From Klebsormidium nitens (lineage: Eukaryota > Plantae > Klebsormidiophyceae): 45,889 nucleotides of DNA. Both the position numbers and the translations under genes were made by a program. Below, piece after piece: positions 25,601-35,200 of the stretch; the stretch's first letter is position 1; each line of letters starts with the position of its first letter. The notes under the pieces are model-generated. The model searched no databases and was not told the DNA's origin. It worked only from the letters and a program-made list of their open reading frames with translations. The DNA lies in contig DF237615.1 of the NCBI GenBank assembly GCA_000708835.1, positions 1 through 45,889 of the forward strand, given 5' to 3'.

Positions 25601-28317
25601 GCTTAAGATGTGCAGTATGACGGTATTACCAGCACCGCCCGCCGCCTTGCGTGCAGCGCATTCCTCTAGATGCGCGCTCAGCAACTCCATCTCCTGAACA
25701 ACAGCAGAGCTTGTGGTTACCTTGTTGAGTAGCGTTCTCTAAGCGTTGAGCTTTATGTCTGCTTTTGCTCTGTTAAGATCTACGCGCCGACGTTGTCAAC
25801 CAGCACCACCTATCTTGCGCCCTTCTGTACTTGTGGCTCGTAAAAGGAGGGTCTTTAGCAGAGGAGATAATCAAGGCATCAACCGTAAACGATATCGCTC
25901 CGTGGTCAATCGGAATCCTTCTGCCTGATCTTCAATTGCCCACCCACGGAGGTATTCCTACCTGAGATTCAAAGCCCTATGCCCAACATAGCGCTTGCCA
26001 TGTTTGATGCAGAAACGATTCACAGCGTTTTCCAGACACTCCTTTGAACGCACGTGAAACGAGCAGGATTCGCCTTCGGCACATCAAGATTGAACACAAA
26101 ATCCTTAGACATCCTTCGGTTTTGCGAAGTGAACAACTTCCGAGATCCAGAGCGAGGCAGCTCGCACCTCCGAGAACGTCTCCTTCTTCTCCGCCTCAGA
26201 GCTCAGCCCGTCCCTCTGCGCCTGCCACCGCATTCCCAGGCGCTCCAAATGCGCTTCCCTCGCCTGGCCCATCGCGAGCCACGTGTTCAGCTCCCCCCCC
26301 AAAGCGTGCACAGTCTCAATCGAACTTTCCAACTGCTGATCATGCAACAGGGCGTACACTTTCGCTTCCTGCTGGCTCCGCCGCTCTTTCAGCTTCGCCT
26401 CCAAGTCGGGGGTGATCTTTATCAGCGGCAGCGCCCCCCCGTTCGGGTTGCGCGCGGCGAAGTGCGGCTCGGAGCGGCTCAGGGGGCCACTCAGCGAGCC
26501 TTTCCGACCCCCCCGGGGGCGTTTTCCGGAGCTTTCGCTGAGGGGGGCGTGTTTGGGGCTCTTGGTTTGGGGGGGAGGGTCGTATTTCGGCCGCTTTTCC
26601 AGGTCTTCTTTGAGGACGGTGAGTATGAGGGGGAGGTCTTTCTGGACAAAGTGGCCGGAGCGAAGGCTGAGGGCGGCCTTCTGCTTTTTGTTCATGACGA
26701 ACGGGAGGCTGCAGATGGAGAGACAGGGACCAGATGTCTGATCAACCTAGAATTTATTGCAATCTGTGTTTTCTTCCTGACGAAAGGTAGCCACCAAAAG
26801 AAGAGGAAGATGCTTCAGACGACTGGAAGAGTGCAAGTTTAATTTTGGCGCCGCCTGCTCGATGGCACGAACCCACTATGCAGACAACAGGTGTGAGTAT
26901 GCTCTTTGGATCGAAAGTGTTGGCATAGCTTGAAGCTAGATCTTACGGAGCACTAGAGCCTACTTCTGCTTCCGGAGCAGTAATCCACTATCACAAAGCG
27001 CTGACTGTCTTTGCTTGCGAACCACCAAAAGTGAGTTGCTGTCAGGCACTTTGAAGTGGTACATCCTTTGGAGGAAGTCCAAAGGTACATGCAACAACTT
27101 ACCACAAGAGCAGCTTGGTAAGAGTAGGTTCTCAACCCCACCAGCGAGTCAAGTATGAGTGACACCAAGTTCTATGACAACTCCCAAAGAAAGTATGTTG
27201 TTGAGAGCATCATCGGAGCAATTTGAAGCGTATACAAAGAAATGATGGAACAGTTGAGCAAGGAAAGGAGGACGACTCACGTCAAGGGTGGTGCTTTCTT
27301 TGGCACCTCCGCCGGCCGTCCGCATGAAGTTGCCTCGATGAACCCCATCGCAGAATGGGACCTCACCTCAGCATAAGGCGGGATCACCACACTTGCCTTT
27401 TTTCTGCCTTCTGTTAGTGGCCTCTCGTCTGGCCCGTTGTTTTCAACCTTTATCGTTGGCCGTCCTAAACTAAGGAGACCCAAGCTAGGCTTCTTACCAG
27501 GGGCCCCGGGCCCTGTGAGATTGACGGGTGGTTGAGATAGGTTGGCCTGCCTCAGACTTGACACTTGTTCTACTTTTGGTAGCTGTCCTAAACCTGGAGA
27601 TGACTGGGGAAAAGGAGGGGTGTTGAGCTCAGGTGTGGGATAAGACACCACCCTTGCAATTATGATAGCGTTTGACTCCGAGTTCTGCTTAGCCTCTCTT
27701 GAGGTTGACTCTGCTGATTCGCTTTGCGCTTCCTTGTAGCTGAGATTGCTTTTCACTTTGGGAGAATTCGACTGTGCCAAACCAAAGAATGGAGGATCTG
27801 TCCCAGTTTTGGACCTCTTCTCTGTGCTGACAGGTTGGCTTGCTGACTCTGCAACCGCTGCTGCATTTCCGGCTTGCCTCTTCGGGGCACTGATGACCTC
27901 AGCAGCTGATGTTGCTGCTGAATTACCTCCTTCACTGTGATAGTGGATGCCATTTGCCGCCCCATTTGAAGGATCTGTTCTACTACTCTCTAAGTTAGTA
28001 CTTAGTCCAGATACAATATCTTCTATCTCTGCATTACCCTCTCTCTCGGTCAGACTGACCTCTCCTTGGCCCTGGTAATGTATATCGTTTCTTTCGTCAC
28101 CCTCAGGTGGCGTCGAGCGCGAAGAGTTCAGAGCACTCTCATTGAGGATCTGAAAGAGCACATGGTCAGAGAGCTCGTCCACGTGACTGCTCTCGTCTCC
28201 ATTCTGATCTGCCATCTGCAGGAAGCCTGCGCTTTCTGAAGCAGCATTCTGAGAGCTTGTGCTTTCCTTGGCTGATTTTGGCCCTGTATCCCCGCCAGTA
28301 TCTAGCAGCTCAGCCAT
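19632..28317 (-). CDS. Large coiled-coil protein (~1,397 aa) with low-complexity N- and C-termini; candidate member of the ODA-DC / ODA5 / ODA10 (ODAD1/ODAD3-like) family. Proposed exons: 27281-28317, 26168-26708, 25136-25336, 24175-24294, 23584-23795, 22715-22817, 22402-22433 (inferred micro-exon), 21187-21929, 19632-20836.
   Basis: GT-AG junctions are in phase once the 32-nt micro-exon is included (total 4194 nt). The central exons are rich in E/K/R/A/L heptads. The motif AFQRIVDATGLRDVTELVNHF resembles the AFxxIxxATGxxDxxE(L/V)VxxF pattern I recall from docking-complex coiled coils. The 3' end is uncertain because a GTGAGC donor near 19690 could extend the gene. Confidence 0.7.
24762..24803 (-). 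repeat. Decayed intronic copy of the 3' end of exon 25136-25336
   Basis: Minus strand CTTTCGGGATCGTGCCTTGCGCTCATCGAGGTCATAAAGGGG (LSGSCLALIEVIKG) versus exon CTCTCGGGATCCTGCCTCGGGCTCATCGAAGACATCAAGCGG (LSGSCLGLIEDIKR). Confidence 0.8.
25628..25696 (-). repeat. Decayed intronic copy of the acceptor and 5' end of exon 25136-25336
   Basis: CAG|GAGATGGAGTTGCTGAGCGCGCATCTAGAGGAATGCGC (EMELLSAHLEECA) versus the real CAG|GAGATTGAGTTGCTGAGCGCGCAACTAGAGGAGTGCGC (EIELLSAQLEECA). The copy carries a frameshifting insertion further in. Confidence 0.85.
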
Positions 28318-29201
28318 GGCGCCGTTCGTGATAAGTGCAGCTCATACATCGTCGGGACAACTAGAGCAACTTTTCGCTCTGATGAGAAAGTGTGGCTGAG
28401 CTAGAGCTCCCCAAATCACAGACCCTGCAGTTCCTGAATGGAAAGGGCGGCGGGATGCCATCTTCCTTTCCAGTGTCATTTAATTGGTAAAGCAATGCCC
28501 TCAAATACCTGCCGTCTATGCACCGTCTTTCCCCAGCTCACTCTCATGCAGAGCAAAATACATTGCAGAAGATCCTTGCAACGTCATTGAGCAAGAGTCC
28601 AAGTGCAGGCCTTAACCTGCCTTAACCAGCTTGCTGCGTTGGTGAGTACCTAGCGTCAACCTTCGGGTTATGGCAGCAAGGATTTTCCTGTATATGTAAA
28701 AGCCTGTAGGTACAGTTACCTAGGTAGGTATTAGTAAACTTACCTTGTCCGTACCTTGTACCTAGATACGGTAGGTATGTACTTGTACCGTGCACCTAGC
28801 ACCTAGCACCTTAATAAATATTCTGTCGCTGATACGCAATGCTGAAGTAGGCTGAAATCTAAATGCACGCACGTCGACATAATTGCATCTTTACGTTCGA
28901 CGATAAATGTCTGAGCTAGGGGATCGACGGATAACATTCGCCTGGCTTGCTGATCATCCTGCCCAGAGCCTTAGTTGCCTTATAAGTTATAGTTATACCA
29001 CCAACTTTGACAAAGGATGGACGAAGCCTGATCAACAGTGAGTGTCTTAGACAATCCTAAGCTGGTCAGGACATAGTGATTGACTCATAAAGGGCGAAGG
29101 AAACGAGCAGAAGAGCTCCAAGCAAGACATGCAGGCAACAATCTCATAATGCAAGAAGCTAAGAACACGAGCTGACCCAGGAAACCTTGACGCTTGTTGC
29201 C
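28318..29201. promoter_or_regulatory. Probable bidirectional promoter region (~880 bp) between divergently transcribed genes, containing a TAGGTA/TACCTA-rich block
   Basis: Start codons at 28317 (-) and 29202 (+) face away from each other. TAGGTA/TACCTA is clustered at 28707-28777, including the palindrome TACCTAGGTA at 28717-28726. Regulatory function is inferred from position only. Confidence 0.45.
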
Positions 29202-32200
29202 ATGAAGAGAGGGAGAAGGCGGCCCTTCCGGAGCTGGAAGCTGGTCCTCTACTTGCCCAGATCATTATGGCTTCCGACCACCACCTCAAAAGCGAGGTCC
29301 CGAGGATCCCGCAAGTCCCCTTTCCAGCTAGCTATCTACTGCTACCTCTTTCTGCTGCTTCTTGTATCCTGCTCAACCTTGTACAGCTGGCACACTGAGC
29401 ACGGGAGGCAGAATGAATACAAGAGTTTTAACGCTGGGGCGGAGTCGGGTGACTATGAGGGGAGGGTGTTGCGGAGCGGGGTTTCTTTGCGTGGGTTTGA
29501 CACTGGTTCCAGCGTACAAGCTGGACACAAGGCTGGTGCCAGAGATGGTGTTGAACAGGCCAAGTTAAGCAATGCTGGGAATGAGTCTTTTGGACAGGGA
29601 CGCATTAGGAAAGATGAAATTCATTTTGGTGGTGTGAAACGGCAAGAGGAAACGGCAGCCGTGCATAAGATTCATGGGCTGACGAGCTTAGCCCGGGGAA
29701 AGTTACAGAGGGACAGGGCCTTTCAGCACAGAGTCACTTCGAATAGCAATGATGTGGAGAATCTACACGTCTCTCATGAGAATAGAAAGGTTTCAGCACA
29801 TCAGAATGGTAGCCATGAAACTAAGATGGCGCACCACCAGGTCCTGGTGTCATCAGGGCAGCCCAGCGGACAGCCTGCAGCCATTGACACCAACAAAGAC
29901 GTTGGAGCTCAGGATAGTGAGAAAGAGGACTTCAGAGTGACTGCCGTTGAGCCGGCATATGGTCTCCGGTCGGGGGGCTATGCAGTGCTCATCAGGGGCA
30001 GATACTTTGGTCCAATGGGATCATCCCTTCTGGCAACGATCGGCGACGTTCCTTGTAATGTAAGTCTGATTTCGACAAATATTCCCATGGTTTAAGTCCC
30101 TTTTCAAAGGATGTCGATTATGTCTCCTTTAAACATATCCAATGTGTGACACAGTGCTTGTTCATGCTTCCTTCCTCCTTTGTGGCTGCACGCTGTGCAT
30201 GCCAGATCACAAGAGTTCCGTATGACATGAGAAGAAAACTAAAGCACCGAGACTGTAAGGTGCACTATCTGGGACCATTGAAGGGGTGCTTGTAGGGCAG
30301 CGCAGCGCACAGCAATTGGAGAGATCCTCAGGAATGCGGATGAACCTCTGAAAATTGTGGTAGCCAAGAAGGGACCCTCTACTCACGCCAGTTTCACAAC
30401 GCAAGGTTGTGAACGAATAGTCGCAGGGACACAGAGTCATCGCTTCCCTCAAGAGAGCTCCACTTGGCTTTGATTGCCACCATGTTTCAGGGACAATCTA
30501 AAAGGCAGAATGCATAGTACTCACACGAACGTCTGTCCATCTGGCAGGAGACCCGCTGGCTAAGCTCCGAAGCCCTGCACTGCCTGGTTCCGTCTGGCAG
30601 GGGGGTCAATCTGCCAGTAAAAGTGCACCTCTGTTTGTGCCAAAACGTCGATCCTTCCAAAAACGTCGAGGGGTCGGGCCGCGGTCTTCCGACATCGCGC
30701 GTCGGAGAAACGGTTTCAGGCACGCAAGTTACGTTCTCGTATGAGGAGGATGCCGTTATAGCTGCGACCAAGCATCTCGATATGGGCTGGACCGATTCAC
30801 CAATATTACTGCACAGAGGCCTGCTCAAAGAAGAATTGAGCAAGGCTTCCAAGCTGCTCAGCGCAAAGGAGAATCAGTTGCCCGATGGAAGTGAGGAGGA
30901 AAGCACGCGGGTATTCCTCGAGCAGCCGCAACGCATCCCTTATGAGTTCCGGAACAAGAGCTCAGGCCTTATTGACACCTTTATGGTTGCCCCGGCCATG
31001 CTCAAGCTCCTACCGTCCGGTGAGTGCTTTTACCTCACTGTACATCGTGTAATACGTTGCCTGTTCACAGCCGTGCTGAGATAGGCCAAAGTCGATTGTC
31101 CCGGATCTGACGTTTGATCACCTGGCCTGCGTTCGGAGCAGTTGAAAGTCAGCCTAGCATCGAATCTGCTTCCTGATAGGGTGTTTGCGAGATCGATGCA
31201 GAACCTGAACGCAAAAGCTGCAAAGGAGAGACTGCCAAGCCGGCTCGATCAGCTTTGCTTTATCTTTCCGCTCCGCTCCCTCAAACTCGGGTTTGTATCT
31301 CCTTGAATCCTTGGGCATCACCAGATACGTTTCCAGGAAAATTAAAGCTATAGCGAGCGTTCTGCGTTCAGTTCCGTGAGCTCGCCTCTGTACGGAAAAC
31401 TGTCTCTGCGAAGACGCGCTTCTCACGGCTGACTTGCGTCGGTGCCCATCAAACTTTTCCAATATCACTAACCGTCCCCTCATACGAGAGCGTTGAAATG
31501 TGGATGGCGAACGCGTCAGCAGGTAATATCGTGACTGTTCTCTGGCGATGATTTTTAGCCAACAGCCAACTTAGGAGACTCGCAAATCAGCATACAGCTG
31601 TACTAAAGCGCAGCTACTCGGATGTGAACTCCGACGTTGCCGCCTCCTTTCTCCTGTTCGCAACGTCTTCCTTTTTTGCAGTCGATAGTCAAGCACGCTA
31701 TGCGTCCTGCGCCGTCATGGGTCATTCTGGAGCGTTGATTGGTAGCCGGCTGGGGCCGTTGATCGACGGCCACGAAGCCGTCTTCCGCTTTGACAACGCG
31801 CCCACCATTCCGCGGTATGGACCGGACGTCGGCGAGAGAACCACGTACCAGGTAGGCGGAATCATGGATCCTTACCGCCCCTTTCGACATTTGGGATGTA
31901 CCTAACCGCGACGACATTTGAATTTGGTGACAGCAAACTAGAAAAACAAAGCTTCTGACTCAGACCTTTGAAGTCGCAAGCCCCGTTTGATGTTGCTCCT
32001 GCACCCTCAGTTCCTCGGGGGCATGTTAAGATTTGCGAATCATAGTCATTAATCCGACAAAACACCAAAATTTTAAGCAATAAAATTAGCGCGCAAGAGT
32101 GGGATGGTTCTAGCCTTTCCCTCGATGCGCAGTAGGAAATGTCACTCATTTTGCAGTCAGTCGACTCAGTCTTAGGACGTTATCTGCATGTCAAGCTCGT

Positions 32201-35200
32201 TCCAAAAATTCGAAAGGTTGCCAGGATTCGCCCGCTGACAAAGGCACGTCGTACTTCTAGGTCAAAAGCTCGCAAGCAGCTCCTCGATGAAGCTTCTGGT
32301 GGCGAGGTACTCGTCTTAAGAAAGCGTATACGCTGATGGGGGCCTGAAAATCCAGTCCTGGTCAATCTAGCGAAATCCCCACACCTCCGGCGAGCGGGAT
32401 AGTAAATTGAAAAGAGCAAACGCTCATGCGGAGCCCGTTTCCAGGTCTTGGCTAATTCAACGGAGCCCTAAACCCACCCTAAATCCACCCTAAAACCAAC
32501 CCTAAACCCACCCTAAAAAGCACCCTCAAACCCTCGGCAGGTTTTGGACCACCGGTGGGCGCGCGTGCTCATCGGCGCGAGCAGTGACCGGCCCGACCAC
32601 ATCCGCGAGGTCGCGCGCTGGTGGTCCGACACAGCGTCCGTCGTCCTCTGGGCGCCGTCCGCACAGGACGTCTTCGTACGGCTGCGGACGCTCTTCCCAA
32701 CCGCCAGGCAAGTCTTTCGACTCTGCACCATTCCGGTATTCCGTTCGACTTACGGCTGACGAGAAGTGAATGAAATTGAGAAAGCAATCCGGAACAGCGT
32801 CCTGCAATGCTCTGGGCGCCGTCCGCACAGGACGTCTTCGTACGCCTGCGGACGCTCTCTCCCAGCGTCAGGCAAGTTCTTAGGCTTAGCACCAAATTTG
32901 GACTACGTGCGACGATTATTTGAAACCGGAAAAGCTGGGCCGACAAAGCGTCCTTCGTGCTTTGGGCGCCGTCCGCACAGGACGTTTTCGTACGGCTGCA
33001 GACGCTCTTCCCGAGCGCCAGGCAAGTGACTTTCGAGGCAGTCGTGCGCGTTTTTTCTCAGCGTCAGGCGAGTGACTCTTGGGTAGTAATGGTAAACTGA
33101 ATTGGAAGAAGGGGCCCGAAACAACGTTCGCTGTGATCTTGACACCGCTCGGAAAGGACGTCTTCGTCCGGCTGCGGACGCTCTTCTCCAGCGCCAGGCA
33201 ATCCTAGTCGTTTTTGGACATCATCTACTGGCCATTTTGTAGACTCGACTTAAATAAGGAGCTGGAAATCTTTGAGCGCGTCCAAGAAGCGTTCAGAGTG
33301 CCTTGAGGTCCGCAAAATATGCCTGCGTACGGCTTAGGAGGCTTTCCCTAGGGCCAGGCAAGCCCATGGTGCCCCGGCAATACCTTTGAGTAGCCTGACA
33401 TTGATCCAGCATGAGAGTCTCCTGTCGAAGAAAGTTGAAAGAGTCCGAGAAGCACCCATCGTGCTCTGATCGCCGTCCGTTTATGGCGTATTCGCACGGC
33501 TGAGGACGCTCCTCCCAACGCCGGGCAAGCCCACACGTCAGCACCATCTCTTACTGACAACCTGATCCAGTCCCGTTCTCTTGACTACGCCCTATAGAGA
33601 CTCTTAAAAAGCACGAGTTCCGATTGAGACGAGCTGTTTTTTCATGGGACAAGCCTGCACACTTCACAACAGCCTTCCGGAATCTGAGTCAACGCGATGC
33701 TGTTATAGATCGCCCGGACGACACGGGCTTTCTTCCATCAGAACCGGCAACCAGTTGAGTGGCCTGACTTGACACCACAAGGACCGTTCTGCTGAGTGCC
33801 CGCTACCATCTCCCCCGCAGTGTCAAGTTCTTGTCGCCCGAGTTTGTGTCCACCGTCCAAGCCACGACCCTCCGCCTGCGCCGCGTTCTGGAGTCGATTC
33901 TCCTCCCGGGCGCGCCCCCCGAGGATGAGCGCGCGCAGGACGCGGCCGCGCGCGCACTCGAGTGGAGCGCCAACGCGGCGCCGACCTCGCTGTTCAAGAC
34001 GGTCGCGCTCGCGACGCGCGCGTGCGACCAGGTGAGAGATGCTAACGGCTGAATCATGCCAATCTTTGGCGTGAAACAATCTAGGTCTTGGGCCGTCTTA
34101 GGTGAGAGGAATCTGGAAAAAATCGTCGTTCCAGAGCTCAAAGGTCTTGAAGCAAAGCATCGTTAGTCAAAGATCTCGTAAGATTTCGAGCAGCTGCGCT
34201 GCTCGTCAGGTGTCGGGATCGCAAGCTGCCGCCATAACAATTCTTGCTCGCAGTCAGGGGCTCAAAGAGAGAATCCTCTAAACGAAGGATGTGCAATGTT
34301 AGATGGAGCCTGCTTGATGTTACTACAGACCCCGAAGGTGCTTGCTCCGCTGACGGTTCCGTTCCGCCGCTAGAGAAACGGAACAAGAGCACGCCGCCGT
34401 CCTGGCATTGCGGATTCCTCCAAAAGTTGTTGTTTACGTCATCAGATACGCGTATTACGTTCAGAGACCAGACCTTGGACGTCTAAAGCGTAGGAGGTAG
34501 AAGCGCGCGGGTACTAGTTTGTAGCAACTTAAATGCAGAATCCCTTGGCGCTTGGCTTTTCAATCCTCAGGTTACTTTGTATGGTGTTTACGGCCCGTGT
34601 ATCGCCACCAAGAAGACTTGCCACTGGCGATACTTCGACGAGCGGGAGCCAACGGAACCGGAACGACGACGGACGGAATGGGAGGAAACCATACTCTTAG
34701 CTCTAGAAAGGGCGGGTTACCTTAACATAACCGCCTTCGGCAAAACGGAGGGCCGGAAGGCGGGCTACGTCGAAGGGGCGCGCGTCGGGTTGTCCCCACA
34801 AACGGAAACGGAAAGGGAAAAGGAAACGGAATTGAGGAGCAACATGAACAGAACCGATGAGCAGTCTCGGCGACAAAACACGAGCGCCGCACTGGCGGAG
34901 TGTCGCCAAAAGGCGTGCCTTCCGTCCTGCGGGTCCCACGGAACGTTCCGCGACGGAAAGTGCGTGTGCGACTCGATGTACAGCGGAACGGATTGCGCGG
35001 AAAGCGTGTTGCTATCGAAGGGGAGAAACATACTGGACGGCTTGGATTTGCGGTACAAGGGCCCGATGAGGATGAATCGGGAGGAGGTAGAGGAAACTAG
35101 AGACGGGAAGCTGGTGATCAAAGTGCCCGAGGGGACGGCCGGAAACCACACCTTTGACGGCGACCAATACCAGGTGCGTACAGTGAGTATGGCGGCCTGG

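Noticed and set aside
27103-27171. 69-nt segment flanked by AG and GTAAGT reading NLVSLILDSLVGLRTYSYQAALV
   Set aside because: It gives a stop in the phase required by the 27281 donor and a frameshift with the alternative 27367 donor, so it fits no coherent model. It remains a possible unproductive cassette.
32466-32534. True interstitial telomere from a chromosome fusion
   Set aside because: Only five spaced cores, no head-to-head inversion, and the array sits inside an otherwise intact gene.
32708-33530. Repeat-spacer arrangement superficially like a CRISPR array
   Set aside because: The repeats are diverged copies of exon sequence of unequal length, spacing is irregular (150-330 bp), the context is eukaryotic and no cas genes are present.
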